From a candidate division WOR-3 bacterium (GTDB lineage Bacteria; Hydrothermota; 32-111), in contig JBBFKX010000002.1 in assembly GCA_037481815.1 (NCBI GenBank), positions 1 through 64,000 on the forward strand: 64,000 nt of DNA, given 5' to 3'. Both the position numbers and the translations under genes were made by a program. Positions within the stretch are counted from its first letter, which is position 1, and every line of letters begins with the position of its first letter. Of this stretch, positions 39,142 through 50,212 are shown one piece after another. The notes under the pieces are model-generated. The model was given only the letters and a program-made list of their open reading frames with translations, searched no databases and had not been told where the DNA came from.

Positions 39142-40713
39142 ATGAAAAATTTTGATATTATTGTTGTAGGTTCAGGAATCGCTGGTTTAACTTTCGCATT
39201 CAAGATTGCACCTTATGTTAACAATGTTTGTTTGATAACCAAGAAAAGTATTGAGGACTCAAACACAAACTATGCTCAGGGAGGAATCGCTGCTGTTTTT
39301 GGAGAAGATGATTCTTTTGAACTTCATATAAAGGATACTATCGAAACGGGAAGATATCTATCACATAAGGATGCTGTTGAGATAATGGTTATGAACGGTC
39401 CCAAACTCGTTCTGGAACTCAAAGAACTTGGAGCAAAATTTGAAATAGATGAAAATGGGAAATTTAAACTTGGTAAAGAAGGTGGGCATTCAAGAAGAAG
39501 GATTGTTCATGCCGGCGATTATACGGGATATGAAATTGAAAAAACACTTATAGAAAATATAAAAACCTACAACAATGTTTTGATGTTCACCAACCATTTT
39601 GTCTGTGATCTGATCGTTGATGAAAACAACCTATGCCAGGGTGTTTATGTTCTCGATGTTGAAAAAAATGAGATAGAGCCATATTTCTCTCAGTTCGTGG
39701 TGATCGCAACAGGCGGATGTGGTCAGGTTTACAAATTTACAACAAATCCCATGATCGCAACAGGTGATGGTATTGCGGTTTCATATCTTGCAAATGCCAA
39801 AATAGCAAACATGGAGTTCTTTCAATTTCATCCTACAGCTTTATACAACTCCGAAGAGATGGGGAGATCTTTTTTGATCTCCGAAGCTGTGAGAGGTGAA
39901 GGAGCATTTTTAAAATTGAAAGATAACAGGCAATTCATGCATAAATACAGCGAAAAAAAATCTCTTGCTCCAAGAGATATCGTTGCAAGAGCCATAGATA
40001 ATGAATTAAAACTTTCAGGAGAAGATTTTGTTTACCTTGACCTCTCTCCTTTCACAGAGAAAAAATTTAAAGAAAGATTTCCCAAAATATATGAAAAGTG
40101 TAAACAGATGAACATAAATGTTCCCTATGAACCGATACCTGTTGTTCCAGCAGCACATTATTCGTGTGGTGGTATTTATACTGATACAAATGCAAGGAGT
40201 TCTATTAAAAACCTCTATGCAATAGGTGAAGCCGCATGTACGGGAGTTCATGGAGCAAACAGATTGGCATCAAATTCATTGCTTGAAGCTCTTGTTTTCG
40301 CTGATCAGGCCTTTCGTGATGTGAGGGAAAAATTGAAAGAACCTTTTGAAACCACTGTTCCAGGATTTTACAGTCAGCCAAAACCTATAGATCAAGAAAC
40401 AAGGAAAATTTTGTTCGAATTGAGAAGAAAACTTAAAGAGATAATGTGGAAGAAGGTTTCAATCGTAAAAACTGTAAAATCTTTAAAAGAAGCTGATGAG
40501 CAACTAAACATTCTATCAGAAACATTTTTCAATCTTGAAAATTACAATACTGTTGAATATTTTGAGGTCAGAAATATGATAATAGTTTCAAAAATTATAA
40601 TAAACTCAGCACTCAAAAGAAAAGAATCGAGAGGATTACATTTTGTAAAAGATTATCCTGAAGAGAAAAAGGAATATTTACATGATACAATTATTCAAAA
40701 GGAGGTTTTATGA
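39142..40713 (+). CDS. nadB: L-aspartate oxidase
   Basis: GSGIAG, AQGGIA, EGGHSRRRI, QFHPT, LISEAVRGEG, HYSCGG, HGANRLASNSL. Confidence 0.96.
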   Translation: MKNFDIIVVGSGIAGLTFAFKIAPYVNNVCLITKKSIEDSNTNYAQGGIAAVFGEDDSFELHIKDTIETGRYLSHKDAVEIMVMNGPKLVLELKELGAKFEIDENGKFKLGKEGGHSRRRIVHAGDYTGYEIEKTLIENIKTYNNVLMFTNHFVCDLIVDENNLCQGVYVLDVEKNEIEPYFSQFVVIATGGCGQVYKFTTNPMIATGDGIAVSYLANAKIANMEFFQFHPTALYNSEEMGRSFLISEAVRGEGAFLKLKDNRQFMHKYSEKKSLAPRDIVARAIDNELKLSGEDFVYLDLSPFTEKKFKERFPKIYEKCKQMNINVPYEPIPVVPAAHYSCGGIYTDTNARSSIKNLYAIGEAACTGVHGANRLASNSLLEALVFADQAFRDVREKLKEPFETTVPGFYSQPKPIDQETRKILFELRRKLKEIMWKKVSIVKTVKSLKEADEQLNILSETFFNLENYNTVEYFEVRNMIIVSKIIINSALKRKESRGLHFVKDYPEEKKEYLHDTIIQKEVL

Positions 40714-40997
40714 ACATAAGAATTACAGGTAAACATCTTGAAATTTCACCAGAAATAAAAAATTTTATTGAAGAATCCTTAAAACACCTTGAAAAATTTG
40801 AACATAATATAATCGATTGTAATGTAGTGGTCGAATTGAATGGAAGAAGATATAAAGTCGAAATAGATGTTGATGTAAAAAAACATAGATTCGTTTCTTC
40901 AGATGAATCTTTCGATCTCATGACATCGATAGATAAAGCGATTGATAAAATGAAAACCCAGCTTAAAAAGTTTGAGGAGAAAAAACATGACAGATAA
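40710..40997 (+). CDS. hpf: Ribosome hibernation factor, short HPF/RaiA
   Basis: MNIRITGKHLEISPEIK...SIDKAIDKMKTQLKK. Confidence 0.9.
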   Translation: MNIRITGKHLEISPEIKNFIEESLKHLEKFEHNIIDCNVVVELNGRRYKVEIDVDVKKHRFVSSDESFDLMTSIDKAIDKMKTQLKKFEEKKHDR

Positions 40998-41985
40998 TGT
41001 AAAACAAAGAAGTGAGTTGAGCGTAGAAGACCTTTTTAAAGACAACAAAGAGGAATTAGTTTTGAAAGTGGTGTCAGGGAACAACGGGATGACAAACCTT
41101 ATTAAAAGCAAAGAGGTTATAAATGCTGGACTCGCTTTTGCAGGATATACAGAACATATTCAAAAAAGCTCCATAATAGTTGCCGGTGATGTAGAACTTG
41201 ATTTTTTTAACAACCTGAACAGTTCAAAGAGAAAGCTCTTTTTAAACTCAATCTTTGAAAAAGGATGTGCTGCTTTATTTATCGTAACTGAAAGAAATAT
41301 CCCTAAAATAATAAAAATACTTTCAAACAAAAAAGGTATCCCGGTTATTACAAGTAATAAAACTATATACAATACGATAAATAAACTCTCACTTTACCTT
41401 TCAAGCAAACTTGCTGAATCGATAACAAAACATGGAACACTTGTAGATATTTATGGTGTTGGAGTTTTACTTACAGGCAAAAGTGGAATCGGGAAAAGTG
41501 AGTGTGCTCTTGATCTTGTAGATAGAGGTCATCGTCTCGTTGCTGATGATGCTGTTAAAATTTATAAAAGAGGAGAGCATATTTTAATGGGAACAGGGAT
41601 TGCACCTGATTCGTCAATCCAATATCATATGGAAGTCAGAGGTGTCGGAATACTCGATATAGCCAAAATATTTGGGATAAGAGGTGTCAGATTGCACAAA
41701 AGAATCGAGATTGAGATAAACCTGATAGAATGGAAACCTGACACTGATATCGAAAGGGTCGGACTCAAAGAGGAAACATCCAACATTCTCGGAGTCGAAA
41801 TCCCTTTAGTTAAAATACCACTTTTACCAGGTAAAAATATTTCAGTTATAGCAGAAGTTGTAGCACTTAACCATCTTTTAAAAATTTCAGGTTATGACAC
41901 GAGCAAGGTCTTCAATGCTACACTGATAAAACTTATGCAGGAAAAAGCAAAAAAACTGGCAAGACTTGATGAGGACGAAGAATGA
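40987..41985 (+). CDS. hprK: HPr(Ser) kinase/phosphorylase
   Basis: HGTLVDIYGVGVLLTGKSGIGKSECAL, LVADD, MEVRGVGI. Start ATG 40987 after GAGGAG. Confidence 0.95.
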   Translation: MTDNVKQRSELSVEDLFKDNKEELVLKVVSGNNGMTNLIKSKEVINAGLAFAGYTEHIQKSSIIVAGDVELDFFNNLNSSKRKLFLNSIFEKGCAALFIVTERNIPKIIKILSNKKGIPVITSNKTIYNTINKLSLYLSSKLAESITKHGTLVDIYGVGVLLTGKSGIGKSECALDLVDRGHRLVADDAVKIYKRGEHILMGTGIAPDSSIQYHMEVRGVGILDIAKIFGIRGVRLHKRIEIEINLIEWKPDTDIERVGLKEETSNILGVEIPLVKIPLLPGKNISVIAEVVALNHLLKISGYDTSKVFNATLIKLMQEKAKKLARLDEDEE

Positions 41986-42362
41986 TATACGGAATTTTTA
42001 CAGGTCATAACAATTTTGCATACGAAACAGTTAAAAGCTGCGAAAGTATAATCGGTGATCAGCAAAACTATTCAACAATTTCAAACAGAGAACTTTCAAA
42101 CGATGAGATCTATGAGCAGTTTGAAAAAATTTTAAAAACTCATCCTGATTGTAAAGAGTTTTTCATATTTATAGATTTCTATGGCTCTTCAATCTCACTT
42201 CCTGCAATAAAGATTAAACAGAAAACAGAAAAGGAAACAATTAAACTCATATTCGGGTATAATCTTCCGATGGTTATCGATTTTTTTCTTCACAGGAATA
42301 AATTGACTGGAGAACAACTTTTCGAAAAAATCATCGATGTTGGAAAAAGAGGTATAAGATGA
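41982..42362 (+). CDS. PTS mannose/fructose-family IIA component
   Basis: N-terminal phospho-His motif TGH, DFYGSS, GYNLPM. Confidence 0.8.
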   Translation: MIYGIFTGHNNFAYETVKSCESIIGDQQNYSTISNRELSNDEIYEQFEKILKTHPDCKEFFIFIDFYGSSISLPAIKIKQKTEKETIKLIFGYNLPMVIDFFLHRNKLTGEQLFEKIIDVGKRGIR

Positions 42363-42829
42363 AAATATTAAGGATAGATGACAGGTTGATCCATGGACAG
42401 ATAATCGCTGGATGGCTACCAAATCTTGGTATTTCAAACATTTTGCTTTTCAACGAATCTTTACCTTTAGATATGTTACAGATCTATAAAAATATGATAC
42501 CGGAAGATGTAAATCTCCAGATTATTGATATAAATCATATTGATATGATCCCTGATAAAAACTCTTCCATATACCTTTTTGAAAATATAAAAACCTTAAA
42601 AAATAATTTGAACAAACTTGAAAATATCAGTTTTGACATTTTTAATCTTGGTGGAATGAGGAACAAAGATAACAAACAAAAAATCTTGGATTTTATTTAT
42701 ATGGATGAAACAGATATAGAAGATTTCTTCGCTATAGTAAAAAGTTTGAAATTAAAAAAAATCAACGCTCAACAGTTGCCAACAACACAATCTTATGATA
42801 TAAAGAGAATTCTCGAAAGAAGGAGTTGA
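42359..42829 (+). CDS. PTS mannose/sorbose-family IIB component
   Basis: [11 protein letters not shown]...W, NLGGM. Confidence 0.85.
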   Translation: MKILRIDDRLIHGQIIAGWLPNLGISNILLFNESLPLDMLQIYKNMIPEDVNLQIIDINHIDMIPDKNSSIYLFENIKTLKNNLNKLENISFDIFNLGGMRNKDNKQKILDFIYMDETDIEDFFAIVKSLKLKKINAQQLPTTQSYDIKRILERRS

Positions 42830-42830
42830 G

Positions 42831-44501
42831 ATGAAAAAGAAAAATAGGACAAGAAGTTTACTGACAACTATAATCATCACAGTTATTCCCTTTTATGTTG
42901 CTTTCCTATTCATCATTCTTTTCTTTATCGAATACAGAAACATTTCACATCATAACAAAGATACTGAGGATTATTTTAGAAGTATAATGGATAACTATTC
43001 ATTTTCATCAGCAAATTACATCCAGAGAGATGATACAAATGGTATATTAATCATATTAAACAATTTTTTAAAAATGCCTGACTTTAAATTTGCTCTGGTT
43101 CTTGATTCAAACCTTCAAATATTCAACTATCTGAAGAGCGATAATAAAAATGAAATGATCATCTCAAAAGAAATCGCTAAAAATTCTATACAAGATCTGA
43201 AGATTTTAAAAGAGTTTAACAAAAATCTTCTAATCGATGTCTATTATTCACCTATATATTATGAAATGAACGGAGAAAGAAAACCTTTAGGTGTTCTCTG
43301 TGTCGGTTTATCAAGAGGTGAAAATGTAAATGCGATAATAAGTATACTCCTTCAGACATTTGCGATAATAGCGGTTTCGCTTATTCTATTTTTCCTGATT
43401 TTACTCCTTCTTTACAGAAGAATAAAAAATCCTATAGCGATGATAACACAGGAGATGAAACAGATAAATGAGGGAAAGGGTAATATAGAAAACCGTAAAA
43501 TAACCGTAGAAGCAGAGAGAGAAATAAATGAGTTGATCGAGGAGTTCAACAAGGTTCTTGATTTTCTTTATAATATAAAAAATAATGTTTCGATCATAAC
43601 AAACCAATTAAATGAACACATTGAACTTTTATCATCTTCATCTGAGGAACTAACCGCCTCATCGGAAGAAATCACTTCAACGATCCAGGAAATTTCTCAG
43701 AATTCCTCTGAACAGGCAAAAAAAATCGAAGAGGTTTTCCAGAAAACAGAATCAACAAAATCAAGTATAAACACATCTTTTGATAAAACAAAGATGAACG
43801 AGGAATTCTCTTCAAAGATTAACGAAGTCACAATCACAGGAAAAGAACTATCAAAAAAAGCTGTTGAAAAGATTGAAACAATCATAAACAGTTCGAATGA
43901 ACTTTATGAAAAAATAAAAGATATAAATGAAAAACAGGAAAAAATATCTATAATAACCGACACTATAGAATCGATAACCAACAGAACAAACATTTTATCA
44001 CTCAACGCATCGATTGAAGCTGCAAGAGCTGGAGAGTATGGAAAAGGATTTCAGGTTGTAGCAGAAGAGATAAGAAAACTTGCTGAAAAATCCCAAGAAT
44101 CTGCGTTGGCTATACATGGAATAATAAATGAAATCAAAAGTTCAATAGAAATACTCATAAATCAAAGTAGATCAAACGAATTTGTCCTTAACGAAGGGAA
44201 AGATGTAATCATGAATACATCCGAGGTTCTTGAAAATATAAGCAACAGCATATCTTCAATAACCGAAAACAATAAGAGCATCTCAAATGAAATTAAAAAT
44301 GTAAAAGCGATTATAGATGAGTTCAGTTTAACGATAAACGAGGTGGTAAAAATCTCCGAGACAAACGCTTCAGCAAGTGAGGAGATCGCTGCAAGTATAG
44401 AACAACAGGGAGCTTCAATAGAAGAGTTGGCTTCAAGTGCCCAACAACTTTATGAAATAATCGGAAAACTTAAAGATATAGTTAATAAGTTTCAGGGATG
44501 A
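42831..44501 (+). CDS. Methyl-accepting chemotaxis protein
   Basis: Two TM helices with periplasmic sensor, HAMP-like linker, [34 protein letters not shown]. Confidence 0.93.
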   Translation: MKKKNRTRSLLTTIIITVIPFYVAFLFIILFFIEYRNISHHNKDTEDYFRSIMDNYSFSSANYIQRDDTNGILIILNNFLKMPDFKFALVLDSNLQIFNYLKSDNKNEMIISKEIAKNSIQDLKILKEFNKNLLIDVYYSPIYYEMNGERKPLGVLCVGLSRGENVNAIISILLQTFAIIAVSLILFFLILLLLYRRIKNPIAMITQEMKQINEGKGNIENRKITVEAEREINELIEEFNKVLDFLYNIKNNVSIITNQLNEHIELLSSSSEELTASSEEITSTIQEISQNSSEQAKKIEEVFQKTESTKSSINTSFDKTKMNEEFSSKINEVTITGKELSKKAVEKIETIINSSNELYEKIKDINEKQEKISIITDTIESITNRTNILSLNASIEAARAGEYGKGFQVVAEEIRKLAEKSQESALAIHGIINEIKSSIEILINQSRSNEFVLNEGKDVIMNTSEVLENISNSISSITENNKSISNEIKNVKAIIDEFSLTINEVVKISETNASASEEIAASIEQQGASIEELASSAQQLYEIIGKLKDIVNKFQG

Positions 44502-44502
44502 A

Positions 44503-45078
44503 TCACAACCTTTGAAGGATCATCTTTGAAACAGCTTTGAGTGTTTCAAACACACCGATTCCCTGAGTTGCAACCGCTTCAAAATATGGTACATTCCAGG
44601 GATTCAACGCCTGTTGTAGATCCTCTATCGATGAAATATTCGGTAGATCCCTTTTGTTGTACTGCATTACAAATGGGATGTCTTCTATTTTAAGGTTATG
44701 CTCAGCAAGATTTTCAAGAAGATTGTCAACACTTTCTATGTTATCTTCAAACCTTTCAATCTGTGAATCAGCAACAAATACTATTCCATCAACTCCTTTA
44801 AGGATCAATTTTCTTGATGCGTTATAATAGATTTGCCCTGGCACGGTGTAAAGTTGAAATTTTGTTTTAAAACCTTTTACTGAGCCAATATCCATAGGTA
44901 AAAAATCAAAAAACAAAGTCCTGTCCATCTCTGTTGCAAGAGAGATCATCTTTCCTCTTGTCTCTGGACTTATCTTGTTGTATATCACTTTCAAATTTGT
45001 TGTTTTCCCTCCTAAACCTGTTCCATAGTAAACTATCTTAAATGTTATCTCTCTTGATGAGTAATTAATAACTGACAA
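44503..45078 (-). CDS. mglA: MglA small Ras-like GTPase
   Basis: [37 protein letters not shown]. Likely TTG start at 45078 (MSVINY) after GGAGG. Confidence 0.93.
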   Translation of the reverse strand: MSVINYSSREITFKIVYYGTGLGGKTTNLKVIYNKISPETRGKMISLATEMDRTLFFDFLPMDIGSVKGFKTKFQLYTVPGQIYYNASRKLILKGVDGIVFVADSQIERFEDNIESVDNLLENLAEHNLKIEDIPFVMQYNKRDLPNISSIEDLQQALNPWNVPYFEAVATQGIGVFETLKAVSKMILQRL

Positions 45079-45092
45079 CTTTTCCTCCAATT

Positions 45093-45590
45093 TTACTTGA
45101 ACAGATCATCAAGTTCACTTTCTGCTGCCTTTTTGAAATCTTCGTTAAAAGTATCTTTCATTCTTTCTGTGTTACTGCTCAATTTAGCAAATATATTGTT
45201 GAAAATCCTTTCGAGTTCAGTAACAGTTGTTTTGATTCTTATTCTGATAAGTCCAAGGTTTGTGGTTTTACCAAAAATAACAACGAGGATTATTCTTGAT
45301 AGAATTATTGTTATATAAATATTTTCCTGTTTACCCTGATGAAAAAGTTCTGTAAACTCATCTTCACCTATAAGTAATGCAAGTTGACTCGTTGCTGCAA
45401 AATCTGCTGCTGCAAGTGAGCCAAACGAAACAAGGTCAAGGTTTGAAATATTTCCAACAGAAGTAATAAGTTGTCCTGCCTTGTCGACAAGAAGTAGTGC
45501 AGTTGCGTTTGTCGATGTTAAAAGTTTGTTTAATGAGTTATTTATATCCCAGAAATCTTGTTCAAATATGCTCAGATTTTCATAACTCAA
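45093..45590 (-). CDS. mglB: MglB roadblock/LC7-domain GAP
   Basis: [43 protein letters not shown] start with GGAGG. Confidence 0.9.
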   Translation of the reverse strand: MSYENLSIFEQDFWDINNSLNKLLTSTNATALLLVDKAGQLITSVGNISNLDLVSFGSLAAADFAATSQLALLIGEDEFTELFHQGKQENIYITIILSRIILVVIFGKTTNLGLIRIRIKTTVTELERIFNNIFAKLSSNTERMKDTFNEDFKKAAESELDDLFK

Positions 45591-45598
45591 AAATCCTC

Positions 45599-46522
45599 CT
45601 ATCTATTTGAACATTCCTCTTTCTTCAAAAGGTTCTGATACTTTTCATTCAAAAATCTTCTTAACTCCTCAACAAGTTCAGGATTATTTTTAAGGTGTTT
45701 AAACCTTTGCTGTCTGAAAAGGAAATCCTCTAACGGTCTCTCTCTTTTTGGCTTAACATTCACCTTATATTTACCATTTTCATATTCATAAACATTCCAG
45801 AAATGTGTTGAAACAGCAAGTTCTGCAAGTTCAACTGTTTCAGATGGCTCTGAGCCCCAACCAAGTGGACATGGGGAAAGAACATCTATGAACGATGGAC
45901 CATCAACTTTTAAAGCTTTTTTTACTTTTTCAACAAAATCGTTCCAATAAAAAATAGATGCCTGTGCTACATAAGGAATATTGTGTGCGATCATGATTTC
46001 TGTAAGATCCTTTCTGTGTTGCATTTTTCCTTTGATACTTTTTCCAGCAGGACTTGTGGTGGTGTTTGCTCCAAAAGGTGTTGCTGAAGATCTCTGGATA
46101 CCTGTGTTCATATATGCACCGTTATCATAACACACATACAAAAGTTTATGCCCTCTTTCCATCGCACCTGATAAAGATTGTAAACCGATATCATAGGTCC
46201 CACCATCACCACCAAAAGCGATTATGTTTATATCCTTGTTAATCTTCCCTTTTTTCTTTAAAGCTCTGTACGCACTTTCGATTCCACTCGCTGTTGCTGC
46301 TGAATTTTCAAAAGCGTTATGCATAAAAGGAACCTTCCACGATGAATATGGGTATATCGTTGAAACTACCTCCATACATCCGGTTGCTCCAACAAAAACC
46401 GTATTCTCACCTGCCGCAGCAGCGATAAGTCTTAAAATTATTGTTCCCCCACACCCAGCACATGCTCTATGTCCCGGGGTGAACAGATTGCCTTTACTTG
46501 CTAACTCTTTTATATTTGCCAT
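45599..46522 (-). CDS. porB: Pyruvate:ferredoxin oxidoreductase beta subunit
   Basis: GHRACAGCG, ATGC, GGDGGTYDIG, YDNGAYMNTG. Confidence 0.93.
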   Translation of the reverse strand: MANIKELASKGNLFTPGHRACAGCGGTIILRLIAAAAGENTVFVGATGCMEVVSTIYPYSSWKVPFMHNAFENSAATASGIESAYRALKKKGKINKDINIIAFGGDGGTYDIGLQSLSGAMERGHKLLYVCYDNGAYMNTGIQRSSATPFGANTTTSPAGKSIKGKMQHRKDLTEIMIAHNIPYVAQASIFYWNDFVEKVKKALKVDGPSFIDVLSPCPLGWGSEPSETVELAELAVSTHFWNVYEYENGKYKVNVKPKRERPLEDFLFRQQRFKHLKNNPELVEELRRFLNEKYQNLLKKEECSNR

Positions 46523-46531
46523 TTTTTACTC

Positions 46532-47707
46532 CTACTCTCTAACAGTTATATATCTGACAGGATCACCTTTACCATTCTTTTCAGTGAAATCTTTAATATC
46601 ATAAAAAACTTTTTCGATATCATCAACATCAATATCCCTTCCCCCAAGGCCATAAACATAATCTCTCAAAATTGGCTTTGATGAGGAAATATACAAAGCA
46701 GATTTGATATCGTTGAAAAGATGCCCACCGGTTCCTGAGAACATATCACTCCTATCAAAAACAGCACAACCTTTAATATTTTTTAAAGATTCAATTATAT
46801 CTTCCTCAAAGAATGGTCTATAGAATCTTATTTTTAATGATCCAACTTTATGACCATCTTTTCTTAGTTTATCAACAACATATCTTATCGTTCCAGCTGT
46901 TGAACCAAGAGCAACAAGACAATACTCAGCATCATCCATCATATATTTTTCAACAACATTATAATTTCTTTTCATGTTTTTGTTAAAATCTTTCAGAATC
47001 TCTTTTATCTTAGTTTTAGATTCTCTTATAAAGTTTGCCTGCTGGACCTTCACTTCCATATAATAATCCTGTAAAGCAAGAGGCCCGACGGTTATGGGAT
47101 TATCAACATCAAGAATATTGTACGGTGTCTTTGGTTCGCCAAGGTATTTTTTTACCTCCTCATCATCATACATCTCAACTCTTTGCATAGCATGGGAGAT
47201 TATGAAACCATCTGTTGTAACCATCGATGGAAGAAAAAGATTTTCAGAAATTTTTACAGCCAGAATCGTTTGATCGTAAGCCTCCTGTGGATCTTCTGAA
47301 AAAATCTGTATCCAGCCAGCATCCCTTGAAGCCATTGTATCAGAATGATCACAGTGTATGTTTATTGGAGCGGATAATGCTCTGTTGACTTCACATATTA
47401 CTATTGGCAACCTTAAACCACCTGCTATAAATAGAATTTCATGCATAAGAGCAAGTCCCTGCGATGAAGTCCCTGTCATAACTCTTGCCCCAGCTGCCGA
47501 TGCACCAACACAGGCTGAAATCGCTGAATGTTCAGATTCTGTTGGAACAAAAACTGTATCAACTTCTCCGTTATTAACAAAGGAAGAAAATATTTGAACT
47601 ATTTCCGTAGCAGGGGTTATTGGATATGCAGCGACAACATCAGGATTTATCTGTCTCATCGCTTCAGCCATAGCTTCATTACCCGTTTTTGCAACTATTT
47701 TTGACAT
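46532..47707 (-). CDS. porA: Pyruvate:ferredoxin oxidoreductase alpha subunit
   Basis: GNEA, AYPITP, ESEHSA, TSSQGL, GLGGRD. Confidence 0.93.
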   Translation of the reverse strand: MSKIVAKTGNEAMAEAMRQINPDVVAAYPITPATEIVQIFSSFVNNGEVDTVFVPTESEHSAISACVGASAAGARVMTGTSSQGLALMHEILFIAGGLRLPIVICEVNRALSAPINIHCDHSDTMASRDAGWIQIFSEDPQEAYDQTILAVKISENLFLPSMVTTDGFIISHAMQRVEMYDDEEVKKYLGEPKTPYNILDVDNPITVGPLALQDYYMEVKVQQANFIRESKTKIKEILKDFNKNMKRNYNVVEKYMMDDAEYCLVALGSTAGTIRYVVDKLRKDGHKVGSLKIRFYRPFFEEDIIESLKNIKGCAVFDRSDMFSGTGGHLFNDIKSALYISSSKPILRDYVYGLGGRDIDVDDIEKVFYDIKDFTEKNGKGDPVRYITVRE

Positions 47708-47725
47708 TTTATTTCTCCTTATAAA

Positions 47726-48001
47726 TCATTTCTCTTCTTTTATCATATCGATAGCATCAAAAGGACAAACCTTACTACAGATACCACAACCTTTGCAGTG
47801 ATCATAATCTATTCCTATCATTTTTCCATCTTTTATTATAATCGATGAATCAGGACAAAAAAGCCAGCACTGTAAACACTGTTTACATTTGTCACTCTTA
47901 TACAAAGGTTTTTCAGATCTCCAGTCACCAGTTTTGAATTCTTCCGCTGTTCCACCTTTTACTATAAGAGCTATATCAACTTCTTTCCAATTTTTTTTCA
48001 T
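47726..48001 (-). CDS. porD: Pyruvate:ferredoxin oxidoreductase delta subunit (2[4Fe-4S])
   Basis: TGDWR, CKQCLQCWLFCPD, CKGCGICSKVCP. Confidence 0.92.
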   Translation of the reverse strand: MKKNWKEVDIALIVKGGTAEEFKTGDWRSEKPLYKSDKCKQCLQCWLFCPDSSIIIKDGKMIGIDYDHCKGCGICSKVCPFDAIDMIKEEK

Positions 48002-48579
48002 TCTGAAACAACCTCCTCATAAGCCCTTTTTATGGATTTGATGTTTCCATCAACAACTTCGGGCTTATTTGCAAATTTCTTTTTCAATTTCTCTTCAGTA
48101 TCTTTTAACATTCTTTCAAAATCAAGAATTTTTGTCACCTTAACCAATGCCCCAAACATGGGTGTGTTAGGTTTATTTGCACCTATTTCTTCCAGAGAAA
48201 TTTTTGAAGCATCAACAGTATAGATTTTTATATTCTTATTGATCTTATATTTCTCTCTTATCTCTGATGGTTTTTTTACAGTGTTAACTATAAGTATTCC
48301 ACCATCTTCCATTCCAGAAGTGGTATCAACTGTATCCATAAGCGATTGATCAAGAACCACAACAACATCGGGATTTTTGATCGGGGAATGTATCGTTATC
48401 TCTTTGTCGGACAACCTGTTAAAAGATTGAACCGGTGCTCCCATTCTTTCAGGTCCATACTCTGGAAAAGCCTGGATATATTTACCTGTAGCCAGAGCTG
48501 AATCTGCAAAAAGAAGTGCAACAGTTTTTGCTCCCTGACCACCACGTCCATGCCATCTGATCTCAAAAAAATCTTTCAT
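47998..48579 (-). CDS. porC: Pyruvate:ferredoxin oxidoreductase gamma subunit
   Basis: EIRWHGRGGQG, AFPEYGPERMGAP, PNTPM. Confidence 0.93.
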   Translation of the reverse strand: MKDFFEIRWHGRGGQGAKTVALLFADSALATGKYIQAFPEYGPERMGAPVQSFNRLSDKEITIHSPIKNPDVVVVLDQSLMDTVDTTSGMEDGGILIVNTVKKPSEIREKYKINKNIKIYTVDASKISLEEIGANKPNTPMFGALVKVTKILDFERMLKDTEEKLKKKFANKPEVVDGNIKSIKRAYEEVVSE

Positions 48580-48607
48580 CGTTTAACCTCCGATTCATTA
48601 AAACTAT

Positions 48608-48635
48608 ATTATATTTTAACTCTTTTTAAAGTCAA
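48608..48635 (-). promoter_or_regulatory. Promoter of the por-mgl operon (leadered)
   Basis: TTGACT-16-TATAAT; GGAGG before ATG 48579. Confidence 0.7.
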
Positions 48636-48652
48636 GAAAATTTTCTTTTCTA

Positions 48653-48680
48653 TTGATTTATTGCTTAAAACAATTAAACT
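48653..48680 (+). promoter_or_regulatory. Promoter, leaderless geometry
   Basis: TTGATT-16-TAAACT, 7 nt to ATG 48688. Confidence 0.55.
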
Positions 48681-48687
48681 ATCATTT

Positions 48688-49707
48688 ATGGAATCTATAT
48701 ATAACTATACTTTAACAAAGTTGAAAGAAGATCTTGAAAAAAAAGGATTTAAACCTTTTCGAGCTGAACAGATCTACAAATGGTTATATTGTAAAAAAAT
48801 CAACGATTTTACAAAAATGACAGATATCTCTTTAAAAGAGAGAGAGATTTTAGAAAAAATCTATGATCTCTCTTTATTTAAAAACTTCTTAGAGTTCATT
48901 TCAAAAGTTGATAGAACAAAAAAATATCTTTTCAATCTCTCAGAAAATGAGAGTATTGAAACTGTTCTTATGAAAGAAGGTAAAAGGACAACCATCTGTT
49001 TATCTTCACAAACAGGTTGTCCATTAAAATGCAGATTCTGTGCTACAGGGAAAAAAAGTGGTAGAAATCTTTCAATTGAGGAGATTGTAAAACAGTTTAC
49101 AACAATCTACTATTTAAACCCTGAAAGGATTACCAACATAGTTTTTATGGGTATGGGAGAACCTCTTTTGAACCTTTCAAACATTTTTGAAACGATAAAA
49201 ATTTTTAACGAAGAAAAAGGTATTAAAATCGGGGCAAGGAAGATTACAATTTCGACTGCGGGAATAGTTGAAGGGATTGAAAGGATCATTGAATTTCCGC
49301 TACAGGTTAAACTTGCCGTTTCTTTGAACAGTGCAATAAAAGAAAAGAGAGAATATCTTATGCCCATAACAAAAACAAACAGCATCTCTGCATTGAAAAA
49401 AGTGTTAAAAAAATATCAGGAAATCAAAAAAAAGAGGATCACTTTTGAATATATAATCATTCCAGGATTCAACGATAGCGAAGAGGATATAAAACAACTT
49501 TTAAAATTTCTTTCAGAATTCGACTGTAAACTCAACCTAATTCCCTACAACAAGACGGGTGGAGAGTTCAGAGAACCAACAGAAAAGGAAATAAAAAATT
49601 TCTTTGAAAAGGTTTCTGTTCTCAAAGATGCAGTATCTATCAGAAAAAGCAAAGGCAAAGATATTTCAGGCGCATGTGGACAGTTAAAAGGGAAATTCAT
49701 TTCTTAA
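48688..49707 (+). CDS. rlmN: 23S rRNA/tRNA m2A radical-SAM methyltransferase
   Basis: FRAEQIYKW, IETV, CPLKCRFC, MGMGEP, ACGQL. Start MESIY at 48688. Confidence 0.93.
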   Translation: MESIYNYTLTKLKEDLEKKGFKPFRAEQIYKWLYCKKINDFTKMTDISLKEREILEKIYDLSLFKNFLEFISKVDRTKKYLFNLSENESIETVLMKEGKRTTICLSSQTGCPLKCRFCATGKKSGRNLSIEEIVKQFTTIYYLNPERITNIVFMGMGEPLLNLSNIFETIKIFNEEKGIKIGARKITISTAGIVEGIERIIEFPLQVKLAVSLNSAIKEKREYLMPITKTNSISALKKVLKKYQEIKKKRITFEYIIIPGFNDSEEDIKQLLKFLSEFDCKLNLIPYNKTGGEFREPTEKEIKNFFEKVSVLKDAVSIRKSKGKDISGACGQLKGKFIS

Positions 49708-50212
49708 ACAGAGGATACTTTTTAAAACCTAAAATAGAAGATATAAGATTATAAGGGAACTGTTCGATCTTTGTGTTGAAATTTGTAACACACCAATTAT
49801 AACTTTCCCTTCTATCAGCTATATGGTTTTCTATCGTTGTTATCCTTTTTTGAAGGTTCAGAAAATTTTCATTCGCTTTAAGGTCTGGATATTTTTCTGC
49901 CAATGCAAAAAGTTTTTTTGTTTCTTTACTTAAAGCATTATCAAATTTTGATTTTTCACTTATTTCCATATCATCAGAATAACCACTTCGGATTTTGATA
50001 ACCTTTGCAAGAGTTTCCTGTTCATAGGAAGCATAACCTTTTACAACTTCAATAAGGTTTGTTAACTCATCATTCCTTTGCTTTAAAAGAACATCAATAT
50101 TTGAAAGTGATTGAAATATTCTATTTTTTAAAAATATCAGATCGTTGTAAAGGATTATAAAAATTGTCAAAAGGAAAAACAAAAAAAACAAAAAAATTAT
50201 CATAAAAATCAT
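49697..50212 (-). CDS. lemA: LemA family protein
   Basis: N-terminal TM, YNDL...NIDVLLKQR, EKYPDLKANENF, YN...FP. Confidence 0.92.
   Translation of the reverse strand: MIFMIIFLFFLFFLLTIFIILYNDLIFLKNRIFQSLSNIDVLLKQRNDELTNLIEVVKGYASYEQETLAKVIKIRSGYSDDMEISEKSKFDNALSKETKKLFALAEKYPDLKANENFLNLQKRITTIENHIADRRESYNWCVTNFNTKIEQFPYNLISSILGFKKYPLFKK

Noticed and set aside
48550..48687. ORF-track N-terminal extensions (rlmN from 48550, CofE-like from 13393, thiN from 19136, dapL from 33353)
   Set aside because: They run through promoters or neighbouring genes; downstream ATGs fit homology and promoter/RBS geometry better.
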